64,000 nt of DNA. It comes from Camelus dromedarius (lineage: Eukaryota). The position numbers and the translations under genes are program-made. Below the pieces are notes generated by a model, which was not told the DNA's origin, searched no databases, and was given only the letters and a program-made list of their open reading frames with translations. Below, piece after piece: positions 1 through 11,850 of the stretch. Position 1 is the first letter of the stretch. Every line of letters starts with the position of its first letter. The stretch lies in assembly GCF_036321535.1 (NCBI RefSeq), contig NC_087436.1, positions 28,336,001-28,400,000 on the forward strand, in the 5' to 3' direction.

Positions 1-479
1 GCATTACCCAGTATGGGTTGTTGACTTTCCAGTAGTTAAGGAGTTAGGATAGCTTGGTTCTACCCAATTGAGATACAAGGGTCAATGGTTGTGATCCAAA
101 GATCGGGTAAGAAGCCAGAGGATTACCCTAGAATATTGGCATTTAAAGAAGAAAATGAATAACCTATGGGTAAATGTGAGAATTTTCAAGTGGTTCCTAG
201 ATACAGGATAGTTTTAAGGAAATATATTTTAATTCTTAATTCTTACCTTACATACCTTCTCTGTTTTAAAACTGATCTCCTTGAGAATGCTATTTTCAAA
301 ACATGCCTTCTTCATCTTACAGAAGAAAAGCACAACATGCTTGCATCCAAATTTCACTAAAAGACATTGTTTAGGATCTGAAAATATCCATGGTGCCACA
401 CAAATGACAGTCACTGAGAAGGTAACATATTGAAGAACACTTTCAGGAGTTATAACCAAAATGGAAATGACAAGCCATG

Positions 480-1590
480 GTGTTTACATGTCTTCTATTT
501 TACAAAACCAATCAAAACATATTCCAAAGTGCCCATAGCAACCTTTCCTTCAACCAGCAGTGTATAAGAATTTCTATTGTTAAACATTCTTGCCAACCAA
601 TATGGTGAGTGTGCAGTGTTAGCTCATTGCGCTTTTAATTTGTATTTTTTCTGATAATAACCAATAAAATCAGACATTTTTCCACCTGGGCCATTTGAAT
701 TTCTATTTTCAGTAAAATGCTCTGCCAGGTCTTCTGCCCACTTTTCTTTTTGAACACATGTATTTTTCTTACTTGTTTTGAATGCTCTTTATATTTTCTA
801 AATCTAAACTCATGATAGCTAAATGTGTTTCAGATATCTTTTTATATTCAGAGACTTTGATGTTCCACTTAATTTTTATGAATCTTTTGATGAAGAAAAG
901 TACTTTAATTTATCAGTTTTAGCCATTAAGCCATCTGAAATTAATTTTGGTAAAAGTACAGTAACATAATTTTTAAAACCTGTGTAAATAATTAATCCAT
1001 CAATATTTAGTGCATAGTCCATCTGATCCATTGATTTGCAGTGACAGCTCTGTTATAGCCATCTTCCATATGTGGGTCTGTTCCTTAGATCTTTATTCTG
1101 TTCCCCTATTTTATTTCCCTTTCTTTGTACCATTTCCACATAATCTTAAACATCTGTAGCTTTTTAATAAGTTGCTACATTTGGAACTAGAATAGTTTGT
1201 TCCTTCTTTCTCTCCTTTTAAGAAATCCTTTGTTGTCCTTGGTCTTTTGTTCTTCCAAATTAATTTTGGAATAAAGTTGTCAAGTATTACACATAATGTT
1301 GTGATTATAATTAGGACCATATTAAATCTATACCTCAATTTAGAGATAACCATCTTTATAATAGGATTTTTTACCTATATGATATACACTTTATTCAATC
1401 CATTCTAAGTGTCTTTCAATGAAATAGTTTTATTTTCTTTGAAAGATCTTTACAGTACTTTTGTTAGACTTACTTATAATTTCTTTTATTTGGGATACTG
1501 CTCTAAATGACACCTTTTAGATCATATATTCTAATTGTTTCTTGTTGGTATATAAAATTCATTCAGTTTTATTATATTAACCTTGTGTGT
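480..1590 (-). mobile_element. Ancient L1 (L1M/L1ME-like) ORF2 fragments, antisense
   Basis: T-rich + strand with decayed antisense L1 ORF2 phrases (e.g. 'ttccaaattaattttggaataaagttgtcaag', 'attaaatctatacctcaatttagaga'); boundaries approximate. Confidence 0.6.
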
Positions 1591-2260
1591 GGCAACTACA
1601 ATACTGACATTCATACAATCCACTGATCTTACTCCATTTTCCCCAGTTTTACATGTACTGGTGTGTTTGCATGTGTGTCTTTTTAGTTCTGTGTAATTTT
1701 ATTACACCTGCAGGTTTTTGTATCCACCACTACAGTTAAGATGTGGAACAGTTTCATCACCATGATGATGCTTCCTGTTACTTATTTATAACTACATTCA
1801 CCTACCTCCATTCCTTCCCCCAACCCCTCACAATTACAAATATCTTCTCCATTTCCATAATTTAACATTCTTAGGAAGTTATATAAATAAAATTGTACAG
1901 AATGTGACCTTTTAATATTGGCTTTTTTTTCACACAACATAATTCTCTGGAGGTTCTTGAAAGATTTTACATCATGTTTCAATAGTTTGTTCCTTTTTAT
2001 GGCTGGGTAGCATTCCATGGTATGGATGTACTACATTGTGTTGTGTTAAGTCTGGTCCAGAATAAAGCTACAGTGAACATCTGTGCATGGGTTTTGTGTG
2101 AACAGAAATTTCTGTTCCTCTGGGATAAATGCTCAAGAGTAAATGTGCTGTATATGATAACTGCATGTTTAGTTTTATTTTTTAAAAGCAAAAACAGTCA
2201 AATTGTTTTTCAGAGGCCCTACCATTTTATATTCCCACCAACAATATATGAATGACCCTC
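1590..2260 (-). mobile_element. L1MC-like 3' end, antisense
   Basis: Minus strand reads 'atggaatgctacccagccataaaaaggaacaaactattg', typical of the L1 ORF2 end/3'UTR; decayed minus ORFs MECYPAIKRNKLL and HTKTHAQMFTVALF. Confidence 0.7.
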
Positions 2261-2399
2261 TTTCTGTCTGGGTAACTTGCAGTAATTGCTCTTAAACGTT
2301 AGCTCTGGGAAAAGTTAACCATCATAAATGACTACCCTGAAAGTTTCATGCTGTAAAAAGGCCTAAGTTCATGGGAAAGTCTTGGAAGAAAGACATCAT

Positions 2400-2590
2400 G
2401 TGTAAAGAGAAAGAAGCATCAGAGTGCCAGGGCTGTGAGTCAGGAAGACTCAGGTGCCATGCTAATTCCATGTGGGTCAGAGATAAACACGCAGTCAAGC
2501 CCTTCTTGAATTCCTGACTCAAGAAATTATGGACACAATAAAATGAAAATATTAAGGCATTAAATTTTTGGAGTAATTTGATGCAAATGG
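2400..2590 (+). mobile_element. MaLR LTR (MLT1-like) 3' fragment
   Basis: 'gcccttcttgaattcctgactcaagaaattatgg...aataaaatg...taaggcattaaatttttggagtaatttg' resembles the MLT1 3' end. Confidence 0.5.
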
Positions 2591-2725
2591 GAGACAGTTC
2601 AGGAAAATTATGTAAAATTGCAATAAATATTCATTATAATTACTTACAAGGGTTAATCCTTGTGTTAGTATCCTTGGTTTTACTAAAGCAGTCTTACATA
2701 TGAAAAGTATTTAAGTGCCAAATAT

Positions 2726-2853
2726 GGGGGAAGGCATATCATAGTGGTAGAGCACATGCTCAGCATGCACAAGGTCGTAGGTTTAATCCCCAGTACCTCC
2801 ACTGAAATAAACAAACAAACCTAATAAGCCCCCCTGAAAAAAAAGGAAAAAAC
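2726..2853 (+). mobile_element. tRNA-derived SINE (camelid vic-1-like)
   Basis: G-rich start, A-box-like 'tagtggtagag', B-box-like 'gtttaatccc', A-rich tail; TSD taa(g/a)tgccaaat at 2712-2723 and 2854-2865. Confidence 0.8.
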
Positions 2854-5117
2854 TAAATGCCAAATCTAAAAGTGGAAAAATGACATGAACACACAATTAA
2901 GTCAAGAAACACAATCACAGCCATAAATATAATGAATTACAGGGATTCATCATTAATAAAAATTGGAAGTTGAAAAAATAATAGATGCCATTTTTGTCCC
3001 ATGATATTGACAATCATTTAAATGCACTCACCATTTGTAAGGATAAAAAAAAAATGATGCACGTATATATGTATAATATGTATGCATATTCAAAGACACA
3101 CATTTATATTGAAATTAGTTTGTAATTAATTTTTTGCAGTTGGGTGTTTATTCCTTTTTATTTTATTTTTCTCTAAACATTTCAATATAAATAAAGCATA
3201 AATGCAGAAAAATATGTAATATTTTGTGAATTCTAGATTCCACACTTATAATAATTAAATCATATATTTTGACATCTAAATGCAAATTTTGTTTATTATA
3301 ATTTCTAAATGTTAATTTTAAGCCATCAGCAATAATAATTACCAGTATGATAAATTAGTAAATGTTTGAGATTCTTAGGCTGATATTATAAATGAGTTGA
3401 ATAATATTTTAAGGGAAAAAAATAAATGCTATGAAAATTTATTAGGGTTTTTGAAATATGTAGAATTTCTTCTCATTTTGGCACCATAAGAGAATAAATA
3501 TTCTTGAAAAAAATGTTGTAACCCTTTTTCCTGGTAGTTACAAGAATTAATTACCTAGAAAGTATAGTTTTCCATTTAATTCTGAAAAGTCTAAAAGAGT
3601 TCATCCTCCTTCCTGTCTTCCCACAGAGAATTCTGCATATTAGTATCCTTAGATTCTTTAATGTAGCATTTCCTGTTCCCTCCTTTATATGTAGGTACAA
3701 ATAAAATGTAGTACACTTAACATTTACAAAAATATTTTTGTAACCATTACATATTTTCCTTTACGCTAATTTTTTGAATTAAAAAAGTTTCTGTAGATAT
3801 GTGTCATTTAACACTGCCTTTATACATTCCTTCTGTGACCATAAGAGTAAACTAAAGAATTAGCACAGAGAAAACACTGTTACCTCTTCAAGTTTTGGGG
3901 TTTCTTTTCCTCCACCATAAATATTTGTTATGGATTCTCTTTCTTTCCTTTCCTCTGTTCGTCTCTTTTCCTGTCCCTCCCCCATTCTTATCCACATGGT
4001 ATTTCATGTTCATAATACCCAATATGTGAAAAGGGTAAAGGATTTTATTTCTTTACATAGCCTTTAAATTCCTTATTAATTATTGCTTATTTTTCCACTA
4101 TAAAACAAAACAATCCCTCCACCAGAAATGAAACAAACAAAATTATGTTATATTTGGTAATATTAGTTGAATATGCTTTTTCTCCTTTTTTCTCTCTTTT
4201 ATTCTTTCATGTTGGAAATATTTATTGTGTACATAGATAAGGCATTAAAATAAGCATTGGCTGTATGATGTTGAAGAATAGGAAAATAATTTCATGCCCC
4301 AAGGTGAGCTTATATTCCCATAGAAAGAACTGGCTTTAAATAAATATTTACCTACGTAAGAGTAATAATAAATCAGATCAGTGAAAAACTGATCTCTGTC
4401 AGTTGAAGGATTCCTAGTGTCCATAAGGTAGAAGCAAGCCAGAAGCTTAAGAGAAATTACCTGTGTTTCAGACTAAACCCTGAGACATTTCTCTATTTTT
4501 TTCTTAATGAACATATAACATGATATCCTGTACAATGTCCTCAATAAGTACCTAAAATAAGTTCACTGCCCTCAGACATGTTAACTTAATCCAGAAACTT
4601 CTTTTAGTTTTAAATTATCTAAGGAAAGTATGGGTTCTTTAATAAACACAATTCTGACATGAAAAGCTTTCCATGACATTGGGTGAAAGTGTTTCAAGTT
4701 TTACTCATTAATTATAACATATGATATTAATATATTACACAGCCAAGTGAGGCATACAGCCAACAGTGTGAAGCCTATATGTACAAAAAATAGTACCTAA
4801 CCAGCATATAGGTATGTAAATCAAACTACTGTGTATTTGTGTCTTTTATGTTGTTTGGATTCATTTAAAGGCAGTGTTTTTCAGATAAGAAAAATCCACA
4901 GTAGTATTTACCACACTAAAAAAAAAAAAAAATCAGTGGATTCTCAATATATGAGTTGTGAGTTTTTACTAGTCATGTGGCAATTTAAAAAAACAACAAA
5001 TCAGTACTTCAAAATGAATAGTTTCCCCTTTGAAAGTGTATATTCTGTTGCTTTACTTAATTCTATTGCTGTTGTCATCACTATAACTCTTTAGAAACAC
5101 TAATTTTAAATCCCCTT

Positions 5118-5350
5118 AGCTAATATTTATCTAGTATTTAAAATGTCCAGACAGTGTCGTAAATGCTGCAGTAATATAAATCCATTCAATTTATAAGAGA
5201 AGCCTATGATTTAGGTGCTACTATTATCCACACTTTACAGAAGCAGAGGCCAGGTACACAAAGGATGCACACCTTGGTAAAGGTCTTCTGGCTGCTAAGT
5301 GGCAGAGCTGGGATTTGCTCCATGGTGTTCAGCTCCAGCTTCTGGACATT
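5118..5350 (-). mobile_element. MIR SINE
   Basis: Antisense MIR core 'tactattatccacactttacagaagcagaggcc...aagtggcagagctgggatttg'. Confidence 0.75.
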
Positions 5351-6079
5351 TAATTATGATGCTATTATGTTTTTTTATGCAAACCTAGGGCACATTTTAA
5401 ATATATTATCATTGGTGACAACTTTTTTTTGAGGATGCTTTTGCTACTTGGAAAGAGCCAACTGTAATTTAAAATTACATCTGGTGTAAAACATGGATAT
5501 TTGTGCTTAGCAATAACTTAGTCATTTAAAAACTCAATTTTGAGGAATGAGATGACTTTTTATATAGCCTGTAAACAGCTCTTACAACAATCCTAAAAGA
5601 AGCAAAGTCCAAAATAGTATTTAAGGATGACCATTATACATAAAATTATTTTATAGCGTCACAAAGAAACTATTGCTAAAGTTAAAACTCTCACATGTAG
5701 TTTAAGTTCACTCTTTGTAGGCACTGTGCTAGATAGGAGTATACAACATTTTTCGTTTTAAAGGTTTAATTGTTTAATAAATTACTTGTATATATCTTAC
5801 TAAAAACATTTCCTTGGTAAATTTTACTGTGAGAAAAATACATAACTTGAAAATCTTTACATAATTCAGCATACAAAAAAAGTAATATGAATTAATGTTC
5901 CATATTTAAACATTACCATAATAAAAGCATTTTTACATACCTAACCAAGTCAGTCTTTGTAAAAGTTATCCCTGAATATAAGAAATAAAGAATAGTAGGA
6001 TCGTTTCAGTTAAGATTCTTTCTATAATTATCAAAAATGATACACTCAAATACAGTAATTTAGGATATTATAATAAAAG

Positions 6080-6440
6080 ATGATTTCCAAAAGTTTAGAC
6101 AAGGTTAAAAGAAAGCAAAAAGGCTTGAAAGCTATGTAGGAAATCCTCATCATCCCCAGGCCCTGTACAGTAAGGGAAGGTAAGAATTGCCTGAAATAAT
6201 TAAGAGATCTGTAGTTGTAACTATAAGAGAAGGCCATTTAGCAAGAGCTGCAGCCTGGAATGCAGTCTCTGCTAACTTAAGGTCTGGATGGAGATGCTGA
6301 GCTGGGAAACTAAATAACTTAATGCCTCTCTCTCCTCCCACCTTTATTTCCTGTTGGTGTTTTCCATTGGCTAAACTCAAGTCCATGAAGTCAGAGAGTA
6401 AGGGAGTCCTGTTGATGCATGGAGATTCACATACTAGAAC
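6080..6440 (-). mobile_element. Old MaLR LTR (MLT1J/K-like) fragment
   Basis: 'ccattggctaaactcaagtccatgaagtcagagagtaagggagtcc' resembles an antisense MLT1 motif. Confidence 0.4.
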
Positions 6441-6834
6441 AGAGACCAAAGGGTAGACACTTGGCACAATAGGTCCTTGAAGCTGGGTTACATGTAAACT
6501 TTTTCTATGATGAGAATGGACTGCCTCAGAGTTGCATTCAACCCATGTTCTGTCATGGGATTGGAATGTTAAGTATGATGCTGTACTCATTCCTGTGAGA
6601 GAGAATTATTTCCATGTTACCCTTATAGAACAGCATGAAAAAGCAGTTCATATTTTTCCCTCTGATTCTTTCCCTTTAATTCTCCCTTGAATCTACTCCA
6701 GTCAGAAATTTCTCGTACTCCTCCACTGAGATTGGTGCTGTCTAGGTTCACAGTATCCTCCACATTCCTAAATCCAGTATCGATCGTTCAGTATTTGACC
6801 CCACTGATCACTCAGGTTTGCTTGCAGGGCACCA

Positions 6835-7130
6835 GTTCATGCCTTTTCATCTAAGTTGTAAAAAACTATAGGCATAGAGTTGTTCATCGTATTTGCCTGT
6901 CATCCTTTTATTGCCTACAGAATCTGTAGTAGTAGTATCTCTTTCACTCTTGATACTGGCATTGTGTCCTATCTCTTTATTTCAGTCTAATGAGTTTCAT
7001 CTTATTTTTCAAAATTATTTTCAAAAAAGGAGTAAGTTTTGGTTTCACTGATTTATTTTCTATTGTTTTGCTGTTTTCAATTTCATTGATTTCTGCTCTT
7101 ATCTACATTATTTTCTATCTCGCTTTTAGC
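6835..7130 (-). mobile_element. L1 ORF2 fragment, antisense
   Basis: 'tttggtttcactgatttattttctattgttttgctgttttcaatttcattgatttctgctcttatc' is a classic antisense L1 ORF2 phrase. Confidence 0.7.
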
Positions 7131-7171
7131 CTAAAATGGGGGAAATTTTTTGCCTTAAGGGGGAAACTTAC

Positions 7172-7290
7172 CCCAGAGATCAGCAAACTATGCCCAAATC
7201 TGGACTGTTGTGCTTTTTGTGAAAAAAATATTATTGGACCTTAGACACATACTTATTTATTTATGTATTGTCTATATCTGCTTTTGTAAC
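7172..7290 (+). mobile_element. MER58A-like hAT-Charlie MITE fragment
   Basis: 'cagagatcagcaaactatg...ttattggac...tatgtattgtctatatctgctttt' parallels the MER58A left end. Confidence 0.6.
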
Positions 7291-8491
7291 TTATGGATTG
7301 TGTAATTCTTTTTAAAGAATTATTGTAATTATTTTTGTTTTATTAAACAATTAACTTGGTTAGACTCCATCTCTGAACTCTGCTGTAGTTGGCAATAGAT
7401 TAATTCTTTACTCAGTTCTTTTAGCTTCCAGTTGATGGTTTTATTCAAGGCCCACTGGGGTCTTCCCAATGTATGTTTAGTGGCCATGCCAATATTGGAC
7501 AATTTTTAATGTAGATTTATGGGTTTAATCCCTTTGAGTCTCCCTCTCTAAAGGATTCTCCCTCTGTCTTCCCACCTGATCTTCCAGCTCTGAAATCCGC
7601 CTTCTGACATCTCTGTTTTTGTGTGGCCTGAACTATGTGCAGAGTGGGGAGTACTTTCTAGCAGAGAGCTGTAAACTCAAAATACCATCCATGCATTTTC
7701 TGTCCTTCAAGAATAAAACCCTTTTAGCTCTTCCTACCATGTCATCATTCTCCATGCTTTCAAATACTTTAAAGAATAATTTTGTTCACACTTTATAATT
7801 ACCTGTGGGAGGGTTAGTTCAATCAGGATACCCTGCCATGACCAGAAGGGAGAATTACTTCCCCTACAGGTTTTTCTGCTCACTTTTGATATTCTCTACG
7901 GAAGATAGTATAAATTATGCACATGTTATTCCATCTTCAAAGAAATATGTGGTGCTCAGTCCAGAGCAATATTGTCCAACCTTAATTTACTGTGGGGCCC
8001 CACCTTCAGAGATCATAATTCAGAAGATTTCAAAAATACCTCTGCTAGACTGCTTAATAGACCTAAAACCCAACTGATTTGTGCAGAAGTCCAACAGTGT
8101 CTGAATTACTGGAAACTTAAAATAAGAACATAATCTTAATAAAAATGTCCTCTTTTCCCCCCTCAGTAATCCCACCATGAACTGTTTTCCTGAGAGAAAG
8201 GCTCATGATCCCAAATCCATAATAACTCTATGTGTCTTAGTAATGGGATGAAGGTGAAAGTAGGAGAGAAGCATGACATTCCAAACTTTAAGAAATAATT
8301 AATATAATTATATATTCAACTTCTGTAAATATATCCATATTGTGTTATCACTTACCTAGTTGAGTTCAGGTAAATGTTATTTTTTTAAACCTCTAAATTT
8401 TTTTTAATACAAAGAGATCTTAAATTATGTCAAGATATCAAAAGGCACAGACCAGGAAGTCTCAATCCTAGTAATGTTTCTAATCATTTAA

Positions 8492-8668
8492 AATATCCTG
8501 AATGGTAATTCTTTTAACTTCCATTATATAGATGTTAAAACTGTGGATCAGAGAATTTCACTAATTAGCCCAAATTACACAGATATTAAGGGACAACACC
8601 AATATTAAACTCATCTTTGTTATTCCTAAGGCCTTGTTATTTCCAGTATACTATATTAATTTTTCCTA
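8492..8668 (+). repeat. Direct repeat copy 1 (~177 bp, MIR-like sequence)
   Basis: Aligns end to end with 9094-9273. Confidence 0.9.
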
Positions 8669-9093
8669 AAAAGAACAAAATGTTGCCATTTGTAGCAATA
8701 AGGATAAACTTCGAGGGCATTATTCTATGTGAAATAGAGAAAGACACATACTTTATATTACATACATGGAATCTAAAAGCCACCACAACCTAGTGAATTA
8801 AAAAAAAAAAAAGCAGACTCACAGATAGAACAAACTAGTGGTTACCAGTGGGGAGGGGCAGAGGAAAAATACAGGGATGGGGAAGTGGAAGGTACAAACT
8901 GTTGGGTATAAGATAGGCTCAAGGTTGTATTGTACAACACAGGGGATATAGCCAATATTTTGTAATAACTGTAAAGGGAAAGTAACCTTTAAAAATTGTA
9001 TAAAAATACAATGATATCACAAAAATAAAAATGAAAAATTAGGAAAAAATTAACTGTATTAATGCAAATGACAATGAATAAATAAATAAATAC
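8669..9093 (+). mobile_element. 5'-truncated L1 3' end (artiodactyl-type) with (AAAT)n tail
   Basis: 'tgccatttgtagcaata...ggaatctaaaa...caaactagtggttaccagtgggg...tattgtacaacacagggg'; tail aataaataaataaata. Confidence 0.85.
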
Positions 9094-9273
9094 AATATTC
9101 TGAATGGTAATTCTTTTATCTTCCATTATACAAATGTTAAAACTGTGGGTCAAAGAATTTGAATAATTAACCCAAGATTACACAGATATGAAGGAACAGT
9201 ACTGTGATTAAACTCATTTTTTATTTCCTAAGGACTTGTTATTCCCAACCTACTACTATACTAATTTTTACTA
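9094..9273 (+). repeat. Direct repeat copy 2 (~180 bp)
   Basis: Aligns with 8492-8668. Confidence 0.9.
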
Positions 9274-9319
9274 TCTTCATTCCTACACCTGATTTTACTT
9301 TTTTTTTATATTTTTCATA

Positions 9320-9890
9320 TTTGGAGTCATAAACCTGGGGACAATTATTGAACTCTCCTCTCTCTTTCTTTCCAATCAAATTCCAAATCCTACATTACTT
9401 TGCCCTTGAAATTTCCCAGACTCCTATTTATCCCCAGACTCACTATCATCCTTCATATGGAGTATTAAAATAGCCTGGGATACCTGTCTTTCCATCTTAC
9501 AGTTTTCTTAGCATGATCTCCTTAAAAAAACACAGAACAACTGAATCATTTTTTTCTCTCCTAATTAACTATTTGACTCATTCCCTATTTATACATGATA
9601 ATGTCCAAAGTCATTGAAATGGCATTAAATTTCCTTCAAAATCTGCTTTCTCTCTTCCTCTTCTACATTCTCTTTTTTCTTTTCTTCATGACCCCTTCTT
9701 CCCACTAGCCATTCTAAGTTTCTGACTGTTCTGAAACAGGCAGGTGTTCTCCCTACCACATGCCTCAGTTCAGATTGTTCAAAAAACTGCAGTGTTTTTT
9801 TCTCTTTTCACAGCCATTGATCTAATCCTATTTCAGCACATGCCTAAACTCCATTTATTTTCTGTGATTTTTTTCCCTGATTTTTTCAGA
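9320..9890 (+). mobile_element. L2 LINE fragment
   Basis: Pyrimidine-rich L2-like phrases ('aaacctggggacaattattgaactctcctctctc', 'tccaaagtcattgaaatggc'). Confidence 0.55.
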
Positions 9891-10142
9891 CATTAATAAT
9901 GGGAATAATTATACCTTGAGAATTTCTACTTATGTTGCTTCTAATTTCCATGTTGAGTGACTGTCCTGAGATTTACATTTCTAGCCTTTCTCCATTCACT
10001 GATTAACTTCTACTAAAAAGAGGAGAGTAACTTAACTGAGGAGTGAATTTAGTAGGAATAAAGTGGACATACTTAGACACCTTTCTTCTTTTTTTTGTGA
10101 GCTACCTGTCTATAGGAAGCAAGCATTCTGCTCTGTTCCTTC

Positions 10143-10699
10143 TGTCCTCAAACCTGGATTTGGGACTGCTCACTCAACACACAGCAAAGCTAATCTACTG
10201 ATACCGGGTTATGGTGAAGGAAGGTACAGCATTTATTGCCGGGTGCCAACCTTGTGCTCAAAAGACCCGAATTCCCCAATGGTTTTCATGGAACAGTTTT
10301 AAAGGCAGCGTGAGGAAGGAGGATATAGGATGCATGATCAGCTTGTTCTCAATTTTTGATTGGTTGGTATCAAGTTGGAGTTTCAAACATCATCAGTATT
10401 CTGGTTTCAATGCGTCTGAAGTCTATGTACCTGTGATCAGTAGTTTCCATCTGGTGGGGTCGGCTTCCTGTAAAACAATTCAGGAATGTGTGTCAGACAT
10501 TTATATCTTTCAAGGAATTGGGAATTCAGAGATTCTGGAATATGGCTGATTTATGGTCTAAATTTTTATCGGTTTCTCTTCCCAACAGTTATTTTTTGTT
10601 TCTACATCTTCACATTTCCTAACTGTTAACTCTTGAGCCTGCCTTTTGAGACTCAGGGAAGGCCTGGGAGACTTACTTCAAAGGACAGTGACACAGGCA
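10143..10699 (-). mobile_element. ERV1-class solo LTR (same family as 27415-28251)
   Basis: TG...CA ends with candidate 4-bp TSD cttc; 10330-10640 aligns with 27620-27912; tttatt gives a minus-strand polyA signal. Confidence 0.7.
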
Positions 10700-10790
10700 C
10701 TTCTCTATGGCTTCACATCCTGCTGTAACTTTTGTAAGAAAAATCCCCAAGTAGGAAGAACTGCAGATATGCAGCCCTACCTATGATATA

Positions 10791-11121
10791 TGTAAAAAAC
10801 AGAAGCCTCAATTCAATAGAGTAGAGAGACCAGAAGGGGGAGCACTCATGCCCTGCAAGGATAGCAGAGCCCAACAGGAAGAGGAAGAATGAATCCTCTT
10901 CTTTCCTGGCAAGGACTTAGTCAATGAAAAGCCATGGGCTTTTTGTTTACCATCCCTCCCAACTTCCTTTTCCCCTCTATAAAGTGTTCTCCTTCCCTTG
11001 CCGTATAGGGACTTGAATGTGGCTCACCATGGTTGCAAGCCTCAAATTGCAATTCTCTGCTCATCCCAAATAAAGTCATCTTTGTTGGGGAAATATATGG
11101 CAGTCTGAGTGTTTTAACTCA
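10791..11121 (+). mobile_element. ERV solo LTR (same family as 61715-62095)
   Basis: Starts TGTA; TATAAA ~10978; AATAAA ~11069; homologous to the reverse complement of 61715-62095. Confidence 0.7.
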
Positions 11122-11329
11122 AATATGGATGTTAAGACTGTTTCATTCTGGAAATCAGTATTAGGGAGCAATTGGCTCACAAGAGAAGCCACAATCTCCA
11201 GCAGCAGCTTTACTACTAACAGAGCTGTCACTTCCTTCTCCATCTGCTTCCTTCTGTCCCCTTTTAATTGGAGGTGTGTGAAGTCTTGGATTGTGTAAAA
11301 TAATCCAGTAGCCACTAGTACCTCCTACT

Positions 11330-11510
11330 GCTTTGGCCTTGTACATTATTTTATTTAATCTCCAAAACAGTTCCAAGTGGTAGATATTATTATTAATATT
11401 CTCACGTTAGATATAACAAAACTGAGGGTTAGAAATGCTAAGCAATTGCTCAAAATTTCTTACCAAGTTAGTGGTAGATGGAGGGTTGAATTCAGATATG
11501 GCTCTGTGAG
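11330..11510 (-). mobile_element. MIR SINE
   Basis: 'aaaactgagggttagaaatgctaagcaattgctcaaaatt...agttagtggtaga...ttgaattcag'. Confidence 0.65.
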
Positions 11511-11684
11511 TACTACACTTCTACAGTATTCTGTTCCTAATTTACTTCTTCCTTTGTGCTTCTGGGAAAAAAATTCGTATTTGCATACTAGTACAGATTT
11601 TGCTTATTTTCAAAATTGTCTCATAATTTTATTCTTAGTCACAGTACAGTGAGTTTGAGGGAATATATCAAATCCTGGGAAATA

Positions 11685-11850
11685 TAGAGTAGTGTTCAAG
11701 TGAATTCAGCTCTGGAATCAAACTGCAGCCTGTTTTATATTACTTCTAGTTGTGTGACCTTGGACAAGTCACTTAACTAAACCTTAGTTTCCATGTGTGT
11801 AAAGGAACAGGCACCTAAAACAGTGTTTGACATAAAGTAAAAAGCAATAG
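11685..11850 (+). mobile_element. MIR SINE
   Basis: 'tctggaatcaaactg...tagttgtgtgaccttggacaagtcacttaac...cttagtttcc'. Confidence 0.65.

Noticed and set aside
2726..2800. tRNA gene (also at 52552)
   Set aside because: Degenerate A/B boxes, A-rich tail and TSDs indicate a SINE
4375..4395. 8-bp hairpin agatcagt-gaaaa-actgatct
   Set aside because: Expected by chance in 64 kb; no RNA-gene context
6150..6590. 146-aa minus-strand ORF
   Set aside because: Overlaps an old MaLR-like LTR; no domain recognised
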